This document shows, one piece after another, positions 49,868-63,440 of a stretch of 64,000 nucleotides of DNA. The notes below the pieces were generated by a model, which was given only the letters and a program-made list of their open reading frames with translations, did no database searches and was not told the origin of the DNA. Where the stretch lies: the NCBI RefSeq assembly GCF_963921235.1, contig NC_086108.1, forward strand, positions 93,560,001 to 93,624,000. The letters run 5' to 3'. The DNA is from Mobula hypostoma (Eukaryota). Made by a program: the position numbers and the translations under genes. How positions within the stretch are numbered: position 1 is the first letter of the stretch; each line of letters starts with the position of its first letter.

Positions 49868-50799
49868 GTGACGGTAAACAAAGCCTATCAAAGACCAGAT
49901 AAAGTGTTATTCTTGTACTTTCTTGTAACTCTTGTATTCAATGTCCCAACTAATGAAGGTCATTATCCCATGTGCCTTCTTAAGTACGTTATCTAGTGTA
50001 CCTGCCACCTTCATAGATCTTTTCTCTTGCATGCCAAGTTCCCTCGGTCTGACTGTTCCATTTATGGTATGTGTCCTAGCCACAACAGTGCTCCCAAGAT
50101 GCATTCCCTCACATTTATCAGAGTGCTGGGGTGCAGTACTGGCATGGACGGGGAATTATTTCACAGTGGTCTCTGCTGGAACTAGTTCCATAACCTGAGG
50201 CCATGTAGCAACAGACCTGCACAGCAATGACAAAACTAGTCTGTACAGGACTGCCTCTGCATAATACCAGGGCCAAGTACTGGGGGTGGGGGGAGTGGTG
50301 CCAGAACCAGCAGTGTACAATTGTTCCACTGAAGGGTGCAGAGGAGGCGAGGGCAGCACTCAAGCCATTGAGGTCAGGATGAGTTATGAATGTAGAGTGT
50401 ATTATGACAGGATGAGGTCATTGCTTTGAGGTGTGGAATAAGACAATGCACCATTAAAACCCCAAGTTAATGGGTAAGGGGTCAAGCAATGTGTCATGAA
50501 CTGCAGTAAAAGCAAAAAAGAGCAGGCATCTATTTTACACAGTGACAAATTGTCAGGATATCTAAAAACATCACCTCATTTAAAGACTGCTGAAATTTAA
50601 TTGCTGTTGCCAAAATGCCAGAAGGAGTACCAGTATTCTGCACTTAACAAATCAGAGTAATAACACGTTCCTCTAATACTGATACCAGACATCTCAAAAA
50701 AAAATTGTCTGGGATCTAGGAAAGTTTAATGATTATCTTCATGTTTTAAACCCACTGGAATACATTGCCTAGACTCGGTTTAGCCACAATTAAAAGTCA

Positions 50800-51231
50800 G
50801 TGTTCACTTAGAATCCCTGTAGTTACAGTCCGCAAACCAAGCCAGAAATCCTGGTGTAGTGATGGACTCGGACCTAAATTTTAATTGCCTCATTAAGACA
50901 ATTACAAAGTCAATCTATTACCACCTTGAAAATATAGCAAGAGTTAAAGAGTTTATTTCTCAGCAAGATCTAGAAAAACTTGTCTATGTGTATATTTTTA
51001 GTAGGCTTGACTGCTTTAATGTTGTTTTCACAGGTCTCTGTAAAAAAATTCCCTCAGATGACTGCAGCTCATTCAGAACGCTGCTGCTAGATTCCTCACT
51101 AATATCAAGAAAGTAGAACATATCACTTCAGTTCTCAGATCACTACACTGTTTCCTGTCCATCAGAGAGGACTAACTTTAAAATATTACTACTGGTTTAT
51201 AAGGCACTGAATGGTCTGGGACCAAAATACA
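50800..51231 (+). mobile_element. L2-clade LINE fragment
   Basis: GVVMDSDLNFN...ITKS.YYHL.NIAR...LEKLV...FSRLD, then HIT.VLRSLH.FPV and FKILLLVYKALNGLGPKY. Confidence 0.88.
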
Positions 51232-51232
51232 A

Positions 51233-52087
51233 CTTGCGGCCAAGAAGTTCTATTTTAACCTCATGTCCACAGGACTTGTTTCCAAAATGCATCAGGCTTG
51301 TTTAGATGTTCCTTTGAATCTTTTGAATAGAACATTTTGGCCGCAAAGAGCAAAGGTATGTTTGGAGAAAAAAGGGTGCAGAATTTCATGAAAAGAACTC
51401 CTCTCCAACTGTTAAGCATGGGGGTGGATTGATCATGCTTTGGGCTTGTGTTGCAGCCAGTGGCACAGGGAACATTTACTGGTAGAGGGAAGAATTAATT
51501 CAATTAAATACCAGCAAATTCTGGAAGCAAACATCACACCATCTGTAAAAAAGCCGAAGATGAAAAGAGGATGGCTTCTACAACAGGATAATGAACCTAA
51601 ACACACCTCAAAATCCTCAAGAGGTGCAAGCTGAAGGTTTTGCCATGGCTCTCACAGTCCCCTGACCTAAACATCATTGAAAATCTGTGGATAGACCTCA
51701 AAAGAGCAGTGCATGCAAGATGGCCCAAGAATCTCACAAAACTAGAAGCCTTTTGCAAGGAAGAATGGGCAAAAATCCCCCAAACAAGAAGTGAAAGATT
51801 CTTAGCTGGCTACAAAAAGTGTTCACAAGCTGTGGTACTTGCCAAAGGGGGTGTTACTAAGTACTGACCGTGCAGGGTGCCCAAACATTTGCTTCGGGCC
51901 CTTTTCCTTTTTTGTTATTTTGAAACTGTAAAAGATGGAAATAAAAGAAGTTTTCTTGCTTAAAATATTGAAGAAATGTGTCACCTTTAACTTTATACCT
52001 TTTGGAAATCAGTTCATCTCTTACTCGATTAGCTATTCACAGTTACAGAAATTTTGACCGGGGTGCCCAAACTTTTGCATGCCACTG
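51233..52087 (+). mobile_element. Tc1 transposon of a second family, left end missing, with a local inversion
   Basis: KHGGG.IML, LQQDNEPKH, SQSPDLNIIENLW...AKGGVTKY; right TIR ending GGGTGCCCAAACTTTTGCATGCCACTG with an inner direct repeat at ~51875. Confidence 0.9.
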
Positions 52088-52844
52088 TGTATATACCAAG
52101 TTATACCTAAGATGTGAAGAAGGTTAGTAAGAGTATTTGTCAAAGATGTGGGTCGTCAGTTATATGAATGGACCAGAGATAATGCAAGTTTTCTTGTTAA
52201 GAGCAGAGGAGTTTCAGGAGAAGTTTAATATTTTGATAAAATTAATATCCAAAATATGTTAGAGCAACTTGTGAAGTGAATACATGCCAAATTGCTCAGG
52301 TGACCTGATCAGTAAGGGTCTCGCCTGACACATCAGTGGTTTATTTTCCTCCATAGATGTGGCCTGACCTGCTAAGTCAGAGAGTCATAGAATACTACAG
52401 CACAGAAACAGGCTCTTTGGCCCATCTAGTCTGAGCCGAATTATTAATCTGGCTAGCCCCATTGAGCTGCACCTGGACCATAGCCCACTCTACCCCGCCC
52501 ATCCATGGGCCTTATCAAATTGCTCTTAAATGTTGAAACCAAACCCATATCCACCACTCTGCTGGCAGCTCGTTCCACACTCTCACCACCCTATGAGTGA
52601 AGAACTTCCCCCTCATGTTCCCCTTAAACACTTCACCTTTCACACTTAACCTATGATATCTGGTTCTAATCTCACCCAACCTCAGTGGAAATTTTCTCCA
52701 GCATTTTGTGTGTACAAGTTCCTACCGTCTCCAGTCTTGCATTCTGACTAGAGTAACAAAGTTAGAAACTAACTATGTTGAAGGGTGAAGAACACTTTAA
52801 TTCTTCTATTTAGTAATTTTCATGATATGCTGTTTCATTTTCAG

Positions 52845-52972
52845 GGACAGGTATTCGTATCAAAGACATTCTGAAGGAAGATGAAACCCTGACCTCATTT
52901 CTACTCAAAGAAATTGAGCTTTCAGACTCTGTTGTGCATCAGTTGATCAATGCCCAAGTGCGACCTGAGCAG
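52845..52972 (+). CDS. ABCA4: ABCA4 coding exon 5 ([43 protein letters not shown])
   Basis: 128 nt, TTTCAG| and |GTAAGT; matches ABCA4 residues 148-190. Confidence 0.97.
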
Positions 52973-53134
52973 GTAAGTGTTGTTGGGACTGCCGCCTGCA
53001 GAATAATACAAGAAAGCAGGAAGTGCCACCCTCCTTCCCCCTCACCCCACCCCATGCTCATTAAGACTATGTTTCCATCTATTCAACCCAACTACAGGCT
53101 TTTCCATGCTGTCCTGTCAGGTACGAATCAACTG

Positions 53135-53674
53135 CAATCAGTGGCCACTTTATTAGGTACACAGGCACATCTGCTACTAATGCAAATATCTGATCAGCCA
53201 ATTGTGTGGCAGCAACCCACTGCATAAAAGCATGCAGACAGAGTCATGAATTTCAGTTGCTGTTCACACCAAACATCGGAATGGGGAAGAAATGTGATCT
53301 AAATGACTTTGCCAAATGGGGTGTTTTGAATATTTCAGAAACTGCTGGGATTTTCACCCACAGCAGTCTCTAGAATTTACAGAGAATAGTGTGAAAAACA
53401 AAACAAAAATCCAGTGAATGGCAGTTCTGCGGGTGAAAATACCCTGTTAATGAAAAGAGCTCAGAGGAGAATGGCTACGCTGGTTCAAGCCAACAGGAAG
53501 GTGTCAGTAACTCAAGTAACCATGTTACAACTTTGGCGTGCAGAAGAGCATGTCTCAATGCACCACTTGTTGAACCTTGAAGTGGATGAGCTGCAGCAAT
53601 AGAAGACCATGAACGTAGACTCAGTGGCCACTTTTCTGGGTACAGGAGGTAGCTAATAAAGAGGCCACTGAGTG
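53135..53674 (+). mobile_element. Non-autonomous Tc1/mariner element
   Basis: TIRs CA.TCAGTGGCCACTTTATTAGGTAC / GCTAATAAAGAGGCCACTGAGTG|TA; decayed HTH-coding interior; extra internal TIR at 53618. Confidence 0.85.
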
Positions 53675-55610
53675 TATATTTTTCGAAAGCCCCTTCTCAG
53701 CAAAGAGCTTGGCTTTAAAGCTCTTCAGTGGATTCTTCCTTGGCCAGGCACACAATGCTGATCCAGCGTATGATGGTATATTCAGTCTTTAACAGAGGGT
53801 GAGATTCAACTTGGATAATGTGATGTCATTTGGTAGAGTTTCCTGCAGAGGCATTAAATATCAGGCAGTGCTGGCAATGACAGTTGATCCATCATGAGCA
53901 GATATAAATTTCTAACCCGCCTTGTGTGGTGGGAACAGTTTGCTGATCAATCCAATTCATCACTCAGGTGACCAAACAGAGAAGGGATGATACAATCCCC
54001 TGCCTCCTACTTCCCCCAAATCCCTCCAACCACACCCCCCACCCACCGCCTCTTCTGCAGTGCCTCCCAATTCTGGGAAATATTAGAGAAACCTCATCTC
54101 TGAGCTGTGGATCTCCTGGATCAATGGAATAGAATGAGCTTAGGGACAATCAGCTCACCAAGGTCACCTGCTTCATTTGCAAATGCTGCGTAAATTGGTA
54201 AAACTATGAGTAGGGGAGCCTATGAAATGTGCAGGGGCCATGCATCTATTTTCTATCTATATTGCATTTTGTGTTGTGCGTTAATTGTTTATTGTGGATA
54301 GTTAGTCACATGGATTGGGGCATGGTAGAAGCAAAGAACTTAGTTACATATTCATACAATATCAGCAGATTTTCTCACGTTTGCAGTACTTTGACTTTGG
54401 GTCAGTCTAGTTTGGGTAGAGCTAGAGTCTGGGCCAGGGTGATATCTTTTTTGTTCACTACTTAAATTCACTTTAACTTACTTGAATACGCTTGAATATT
54501 CTTGACCACATTTAAGAACGCTTGGTTTAAGTATGTTTAATACGCTAAGACTATTTATTTCATTATGTCGCTAGTTTAATTTCATTAGTTTTTATTGTTA
54601 CAAGATTCTTCATTGTGCTGGTTTCTTAATAAAGGATCGAACATATTCTTCGACTTTAGAAGTTCGTTATTGGGTCTTGGCTCGAGACGTTGATCGTTTG
54701 TTTATTCCCCTCAATAGATACCGCCTGGCTTGCTGCGTTCCTCCAGCATTCTGTGTGCGCTACTCATGATTTGTTTGGCATTGAGCTTGGCTCAGATGTT
54801 GTGGGCTGAAGGACCACTTACAGCAAAGCCGTTGTGCGTTTATGTGGCACCTTTAATATAGCAAGTCCTAAGATACTTCACACAAACCTACACAAAAACA
54901 ACACTGAACTCCCAGCACGCTCTTAACTTCTTTATATAACTGGAAACAAAACACTTTGTAATAGAGAATACAAAGTTTTAAAACAACATTGAAGAGAATT
55001 TATTAGAACATATTTATCTGCAAGTGCAGTACACACCCTTAACCAAAAAAAATTAAAGCACAGAGCAGCCCTTTACCCGCTGAATGTCTAAGTGTTGAAG
55101 TAATTGCAATCTGCATCAGAATGTTTCTTTTGGTTTCGGTGTGTGGCCTCAAATTCTTTAACAGATGGAATGCACTAGTGTGGGAAGCAACATTGACTGA
55201 CAGGACCTGGATAATAATAACATTGGAACACAGTGTTAAAAGTTCTTTTCATATGCAAATAATAAAAAGTGACAAAACATCCAAGTATGCCTTGATTCAA
55301 AATTACCCAGACTTAAACATCTCAACTTTCATTAGAAGCTTCAAACAGAGACTTCCTAAAGAACTATCAGCATTTTTGTGGCATGGTGCTTTGACCAGTG
55401 TGTATTGCTGTGTGCTTGTGGTTATGACAAATAGCTGTGTCCTGAATAGTATTCCCGCAAACAAATAGTACAATGTCTTCTTATTTCACACGTACTTGCT
55501 AGGGTGAAGATTCGCAGAAGTCTGCAAAACACAAGAGGGACATTTCTTTTGGTTTTCATTTTACATTTCAGGAATAAAGTGGGTTATTTACCAAATGATT
55601 AAATTAAAAC

Positions 55611-56025
55611 TGGAATTCAGAAGTATGAGGGGAGGATCTCATTGAAACCTATCGATTGCTGAAAGGCCTCGATAGAGTAGATTTGGACAGGATGTTTCCT
55701 CGGGTGTCAGAGTCTAAAACCAGAGAGCACAGCCTCAGAATAGAGGGACGCCCATTTAGAATGGAGATGGGGAGGAATTTCCTCAGCCAGACAGCAGTGA
55801 AGCTGTGCAATTTGTTCCCACAGGTGGCTGTGGAGGCCACCTCATTGGGTATCTATCAGACAGGGGTGGATACATTCTTGATTAGTCAGGGCATGAAGGG
55901 ATATGGGGAGAAGGCAGGAGATTGGAGTTGAGAAGGAAAATGGATTGGCTATGATGAGAAGACAGAGCAGACTCAATGGGCCAAATGGCCTAATTCTGCT
56001 CCTATATCTCAAGGTTTTATGGTCT
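55611..56025 (+). mobile_element. CR1 3' end
   Basis: ORF 55656-55931 LKGLDRVD...TREHSLRIEGRPFR. Confidence 0.88.
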
Positions 56026-56427
56026 AAGACAAGTTGTTGGTGATGGAAGTTAAGGCTCTTAACCCTCTCAACCTCAGCACCATTGATGTAAACAAGCACA
56101 GAGTGTATGGGCCTTGTTGTCTTAAGATCATAAGATAAATGTTCCAAAAATTGATGTTAGCTGGAAGGGCTGATGGCTGACATTTAATTTAACCTATTTA
56201 TCAGTTTATTTTGAGACACAGCACAGATCCAGCCCCGATTTATCCTAAACCATCCACAGGACAATTTATAATGACCAACTAACTCAGCTGATATATTTTT
56301 GGACTGTGGGAGGAATCCGGAACACTTGGGGAAAACCCATGCGTCCCACGGGGAGGACGTACAGAGTCTTCTTACAGAGGATGCAGGGACTGAACTCTGC
56401 TCTCCAGAAACCCTGAACTGTAATAAT

Positions 56428-57687
56428 GTTGCCTATTGCCACAGTAGGTCAACGGCAGACGCAATCTCAGTGGCTCTCCACACGGCTTTAGACCACCTGG
56501 ACAACACAAACGCCTACATCAGGATGCTGTTCATCGACTGTAGCTCAGCATTTAATACCATCATTCCCACAGTCCTGATTGAGAAGTTGCAGAACCTGGG
56601 CCTCTGTACCTCCCTCTGCAAGTGGATCCTCGACTTCCTAACTGGTGGATCACAATCTGTGTAGATTGGTGATAACATATCCTCTTCATTGACAATCAAC
56701 ACTGGCGCACCTCAGAGGTGTGAGCTTAGCCCACTGCTCTACTCTCTATATACACATGACTGTGTGGCTAGGCATAGCTCAAATACCATCTATAAATTTG
56801 CTGATGATACAACCATTGTTGGTAGAATCTCAGATGGAGACGAGAGGGCGTGCAGGAGTGAGATATGCCAACTAGTGGAGTGGTGCCGCAGCAACAACCT
56901 GGCACTCAACGTCAGTAAGACAAGAGCTGATTGTGGACTTCAGGAAGAGTAAGACGAAGGAACACATACCAATCCTCATAGAGGGATCAGAAATGGAGAG
57001 AGTGAGCAGTTTCAAGTTCCTGGCTGTCAAGATCTCTGAGGATCTAATCTGGTCCCAACATATTGATGTAGTTATAAAGAAGGCAAGACAGCAGCTATAC
57101 TTTATTAGGAGTTTGAAGAGATTTGGCATGTCAACAATACACTCAAAAACTTCTATAGTTGTACTATGGAGAGCATTCTGACAGGCTGCATCACTGTCTG
57201 GTATGGAGGGGCTACTGCACAGGACTGAAAGAAGCTGCAGAATGTTGTAAATCTAGTCAGCTCCATCTTGGGTACTAGCCTACAAAGTACCCAGGATATC
57301 TTTAGGGAGCGGTGTCTCAGAAAGGCAGTGTCCATTATTAAGGACCTCCAGCACCCAGGGCGTGCCTTTTTCTCACTGTTACCATCAGGTAGGAGGTACA
57401 GAAGCCTGAAGACACACACTCAGTGATTCAGGAACAGCTTCTTCCCCTCTGCCATCTGATTCCTAAATGGACATTGAATCTTTTTTTTTAATATACAATA
57501 TTTCTGTTTTTGCACATTTAAAAAAATCTATTCAATATATGTAATTGATTTACTTGTTTATTTATTATTATTTTTAAATTTTATTTATTATTTTTTTCTC
57601 TCTGCTAGATTATGTATTGCATTGAACTGCTGCTGCTAAGTTAACAAATTTCACGTCACATGCCAGTGATAATAAACTTGATTCTGA
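56428..57687 (+). mobile_element. 5'-truncated Rex1 LINE
   Basis: [12 protein letters not shown]...[43 protein letters not shown]; 3'UTR with AATAAA and tail. Confidence 0.93.
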
Positions 57688-59406
57688 ACTGCTGTGTTAC
57701 TGTGACCCTCCAAAATAAATAAATGTAACAGTCGCTATCTGCCATGGTGTAATTGAAATCGGAATATTCTGCAATCAAGCCCTTCTAATACTTAGGCTGG
57801 CACTGTGTACGATGTGAGATGATACGTTAACCAAGGAATCAGGATCAGGTTTATTGTCACTGATATATATTGTGAAATCTGTTGTTTTAAGACCATAAGC
57901 TACGGGAGCAGAATTAGGCCATTTGGCCCATCAAGTCAACTCTGCTATTTCATCATGACTGATCCATTTTCCCTCTCAGCCCCAGTCTTCTGCCTTCTCC
58001 CTGTATCCCTTCATGCCCTGACTAATCAAGAATCTATCAACCTCTGTCTTAAATATATCCAATGAATTAATTATTTATCAATATTTATTGTTGAATACAA
58101 AATTAGAATTGTTCTCATTCTTGCACCAGCAATGCACGCAAGACATAAAAATCAACTTAAAGTTGCAAAAAGTAAATAAGTATTTACTCCAAAAGAGAGA
58201 TAATGAGATAGTGTTCATGGGTTGATGGGCTGTTTGGAAATCTGATGGCAGATGGGAAGAAGCTGTTCCAAAAAACATTGAGTGCGGTTCTTCAGGCTCC
58301 TGCAGCTCTCCTGCGGGAGATAGAAATGAGGAGCGGGAATGACGCGGATGCTGAGCATCCATAGAGGTGGAAGCATGGGCTCATGCAGGTACTAATATTT
58401 CAAATAAAAGATTTTCTAAAAATTACCTGATTTATTTGGTCTTTATCGGTTGTAGTTGATGGCAGTTTTGTTGTTGGGAGAATGAACTATAACAGTTTCC
58501 CATATTACAGCAGTAACAACACTTCAAAGGTATTGAAGTTAGATGAAAAGTATTTTGGTATATCCTGAAAGGGAGCTGAGAACTGCCACATATATGTAAA
58601 ACTTTGCTTTGCTTTGAAGTCACGTATAATGTATTTATAAACCACACGGCACTAAAGTAGTTTTGTTACCACCAGAACGGGGAAACCTACAGAGCAATAC
58701 AAAGCTGCTGTCAGTGAGAACGTGATGTCCCAGCAAGCACACAGACCTCTCAGGTGAATCACAGACATGAGAAAATCTGCAAACGTTGGACCTCCAAAGC
58801 AACACACACAGAATTCTGGAGGGACTCGGCAGATCAGGGAGTATCTATGGAAAAGGGTAAACAGTCAACGTTTCAGGCCAAGACCCTTCTGCAGGGCCGA
58901 AATAGCAACTGCTTACTCTTCCATAGATGCTGCCTCAGGTGAACGTTAAAGATACTATAAGATTATATGAAGAAAAGCAGGAAGAGTCTCTCCGTGCTCT
59001 GGCCAGCATAGCCTCGTCCACTAGTGTCACTAATTATCTAATCATTCATCTCCTTGCAGCCTGAGATATCTCGCTGTGTGCAGATGAAATGGTGAGCCAC
59101 AATTCAAAGGTTCTTCATTGGACATTCCCACACTGCAAAGACGTTCAGTTCGTTGTGAGTTATGGGCATGCTACGTTGGTGCTGGGTGCCTGGCGACACT
59201 TGCGGGCTGCCCCCTGCACAACCCTCTCTGATTTGTTTTGTCACAAAATGATGCGTTTCACGGTATGCTTTCATGTACCTGACAAATGAAGCTAATCTAT
59301 CTTTAGGCCAATCTATCTATCAAGTGATCATGAGGCCAAGACGGGTTCTAGATAATTCTTTTGTTTCCATTTCCTCGCACTGGGGCTATTTCCTCGCACT
59401 GGGGCT

Positions 59407-59950
59407 AAGTTTGCTGATGACACTGTATCGGACAGTAGAGAGTGAAGAAAGATTATAACAGGCCCTAGATTATCTGGGGAAATGGCCTAAAGAAGGGCAG
59501 ATGGAACTTAATTCGGACAAATGTAATGAGTTGCACTTTATTAAGCGAAACCAGAGCAGGACTTATACAGTAAATGACATGGCCCTGGAGAGTGTTGTAG
59601 AATAAAGAGAACGCACAGGCAGACTAGAGAAACAAGTAGACAAGGTGGTGAAAAGGGCACTTGGCATGTTTGCCTTCATTCAGGACACCGAGCACAGGAG
59701 TCGAGGCACCATCTAATGCATTGGTGAGACAACACTGGGAGTAACCCAGCCATTAGGTTTAAAGGATTCAGATGCATGTTACATTGACTGGAGGGCTTGA
59801 GTCATAAGGAGAAGCTGTGACTTTTTTCTCTGCAGTGTGAATCAATAGATGTGTATAAAATCACAAGAGGCATAGATAAGGTGAATGGTCAGTCTTTTGC
59901 CCAGAGCAGGGTGTCTAAAACTTGAAGGCATAAGTTTAAGGTGAGAGGCC
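59407..59950 (+). mobile_element. Degenerate CR1 (resumes ~60640)
   Basis: Begins at KFADDT; W...QMELNSDKC; LGMFAFI remnants. Confidence 0.75.
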
Positions 59951-59960
59951 AATGATGTAT

Positions 59961-60637
59961 GTTAGATTAGATTATGAGGACACGCAGTCCTCTTTTATTG
60001 TCATTTAGTAATGCATGCATTAAGGAATGATACAATGTTCCTCCAGAATGATATCACAGAAACACAAGACAGACCAAGACTAAAAAAACTGACAAAAACC
60101 ACATAATTATAACATATAGTTACAACAGTGCAAAGCAATACCGTAATTTGATAAAGAACAGACCATGGGCACGGTAAAAGAGTCTCAGAGTCTCGAAAGT
60201 CCCATCATCTCACGCAGACGGTAGAAGGAAGAAAACTCTCCCTGCCATGAACCTCCAGCGCCGCAAACTTGACGATGCAGCATCCTGGAAGCACCCGACC
60301 ACAGCTGACTCTGAGTCCATCCGAAAACTTCGAGCCTCCGACCAGCCCTCCGACACCGAGCACCGAGCACCATCTCTGCCAAGCGCTTCGACCCTGGCTC
60401 CAGCCACCAAGCACCAGGCAAAGCCAAGGATTCGGGGCCTTCCCCTCCGGAGATTCTCGATCGCACAGTAGCAGCAGCAGCGAAGCGGGCATTCCAGAAG
60501 TTTCTCCAGATGTTCCTCCGTGCTTCTCACATCTGTCTCCATCAAATCAGGATTGTGCACGGCAGCCTACTTGACAAATACGATATCATTCACTGGAGAG
60601 GCCGCGCGCATTGCGTCGCGCCACCATCTTCTCCTCC
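59961..60637 (-). mobile_element. CpG-rich non-coding retroposon, probably a Rex1-dependent non-autonomous element
   Basis: Minus strand starts GGAGGAGAAGATGGTGGCGCG and ends ACAATAAAA...(AATCT)n; it interrupts a CR1. Confidence 0.6.
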
Positions 60638-60927
60638 TGGTGGGATCTTAGAAGCAACTTCTTTACACAAATGGTGAACAGCTTCTTCCCCTCCACTATA
60701 TTTTTGAACAGTCCATGAACACTACCTCACTATTTCACTCTTTTCACACTATTAATTTATTTATATATATTTTATGTTACTGAGTACAATGTACGGTATT
60801 CCATTGTACTGATGCTGCAAAAATAACATATTTCACACCATATTTTAGTGATAATAAACCTGGTTCTGATTCTGATAGCTATATTTAATGAGTTCTCAGA
60901 GGAAGTTGTAGAGGTATTTATACAATT

Positions 60928-61625
60928 AAAGTTCAAAGTAAAATTTATTATCGGAGTGCATGTATGTCACCATATACCACCCTGAGATTTATTTTCCTGC
61001 GGCCAATCTTAGCAAATCTATGGAATAGTAACTATAACAGGATCAGTGATAGATCAACCAGAGTGCAGAAGGCAACAAGCTGTCGAAATGCAAATATAAA
61101 TAAAAAGCAATAAACACAAGACCAGGAAATAACAAATAAAGAGTCATTAAATTGAGATTATTGGTTGTGGGAACATTTCAATGATGGGGCAAGTGAATGT
61201 AGTTATCCCCTTTTGTTCAAGAGCCTGATGGTTGAGGGGTAGTAACTGATCTTGAACCTGATGGTGTGAGTCCAGAGGCTCTTGTACCTTCTACCTGATG
61301 GCAGCAGCAAGAAAAGAGCATGGCCTGGGTGGTGGGGATCTCTGATGATGGATGCTGCTTTCTTACGACAATGTTTCACGTAGATGTACTCAATGGTTGG
61401 GAGGGCTTTACCCGTGATGTACTGGGCAGAATCCACTACCTTTTGTATGATTTTCCATTCAAAGGCGTTGGTGTTTCCATACCAGGTTGTGATGCAGCCA
61501 GTCAATGCTCTCTATTATACATCTATAGAGTTTGTCGAAGTTTTTAACGTCATGCCAAATCCCCGCAGACTCCTAAGGAAGTCAAGGCACTGGTTTGCTT
61601 TCTTTGCAATTGCATTTAAGTGCTG
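60928..61625 (-). mobile_element. Rex1 3' portion
   Basis: ORF 61203-61505 GCITTWYGN...IIRDPHHPGHALF.LLPSGRRY; (TGAACTT) tail. Confidence 0.88.
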
Positions 61626-62849
61626 AGTACTATGTCTAAAGCATATTTAGACAAGTCCATGGATAGTAAGGTTTGGGATGTGGACTGAACACAGGCAGAT
61701 AGGACTTGCTGAGATGGATAAGATGAATTGAAGTTTCTGTGCTGTATGACTTCATGATTGCAGGACGCTAAATCAGCTGCAATTCTCTAAAGTTCAAGCA
61801 GTGGGGCAGTGAAACTGATTCCCGAATAATTTACACATGTACACACCCTCTACCCTCGGTACCACCAGGGATAAAATCTCTCCCAAATTAACTTTTATTC
61901 AAATATTATAATCCACACCTATCAAGGTTGCTGTGTCAAATGCCACTTAAGATGCAGGCATTGTACTTTTAAGAACATATCTTGATGGATCACAGTACAT
62001 CTTGAATTATGGGGTCGTAGACCAATGGAACATGCAAAGAGACCAGTTATCCTATTGAAACTGGTGTGGTGCCATTTCCTGCCTTTTCCCCATCGTCCTG
62101 CAATGTTACAGCATGAACAGAAGCCATTCAGCCCATCATGTCTGAATATCCTCTATTCTCCCTGTCTCCCACATAGCCTGTACTGCATTTCCTTACCCCA
62201 CCTGAGGTGCAGTTTTCAGAAATGAGCACAATATCTCTACAGTGAACCAGACGTTTTTTTTTCCTCTAACAGGTTTTCATAACTTCCTTCCTTTCGTATT
62301 CTGTATATCTGTATGACTTTTTGCAGCTTTATCACTTTCAAAAAAATTGTCCATTCAAATCCCTAAATTTCCCTCATTCCCTTTTAATATTGTACATTTA
62401 GTTACATTGTCTCCACTTATTCCTCCAATCCAGCTGTCACTTGGTAGCTTTCACGTCCAAGGCATCTGCTTTTCTCACCACCTGACGTCTGTAATCACCG
62501 TCCACATTGTTCACAATGTGCCTATGCTATTTCTGTCCCATTTCTGAGTATTCCCAATGTCAGCCTGCAGTTAGAGGAACTTCTCTTCATCGACTTCCTC
62601 TTTCCCGCTAAAGTAAAACAATCGCACAGATTGAGACGATGCTGGGATTGTTGTTCAATCCACCCCCTTTCCTCTTTGCAGCAGTTGTTCCCAGATCTGA
62701 GTAATTACTGCAAAGCCACGTTCACACAGTCAGCTGTTTAACACTTAAATACATGATTATAGACAAATAACTACAAGAAGAGATAAGATTTTAATTAAGC
62801 TTCTTCAGACTTATAAGCATTTCGGAGCAGAATGCACTTTAAGTCCAAA

Positions 62850-63440
62850 AGTTCAGAGTAAATTAATCAAAGTACATATATGTTACAATGCACTACTCTG
62901 AGATTCATTTTCTTGCAGCAAAAAAAGAAATACAATAGAATTTATGAAAAACTATACACAAAGACTGACTATACTAGGCAGAATAATGGTTCAACATAGA
63001 CTAGATGGGTTGAAGGGCTTTTTTCTGTGCTGTGATTCTCTATGACCTTGACTGACAAACAATCAATGTGCAAAAAAAAAGACTGAGATTAGGAGAGTCC
63101 TGATGAAAGGTCTTGGCCCGAAATGTTGACTGTTTACGCTTGCCTGGCCCTGCTGAGTTTTTCAGCATTTTGGGTGTATTCCTGAGAATAGGAATTGTAA
63201 AGAGTCCTTGAAAGTGAGTCTTTAAGTTGTAGAACCAGTTCAGTGTTGGAGTAAGTGAAGTTATCCACTCTGGTTCAGGAGCCTGATGGTTGAGGGGTAA
63301 TAACTGTTCCTGAACCTGGTGGTGTTGACCATAAGACTTCTGGACCTCCTGCCTGACAGTAGTAGTGAGAAGAGGACGTGGTCTGGGTGGTGGTGGTTTT
63401 TGATGATGGATGTTACTTTCTTGTGGCAGTGCGTAATGTA
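62850..63440 (-). mobile_element. Rex1 3' end containing CR1-tail and Penelope pLTR (63096-63180, + strand) inserts
   Basis: HPDHVLFSLLLSGRRSRSL...TTRFRNSYYPSTIRLLN remnant; CTGATGA...GAAA at 63100-63123. Confidence 0.75.

Noticed and set aside
60185..60574. Cluster of overlapping ORFs on both strands
   Set aside because: A by-product of high GC content in a non-coding retroposon.
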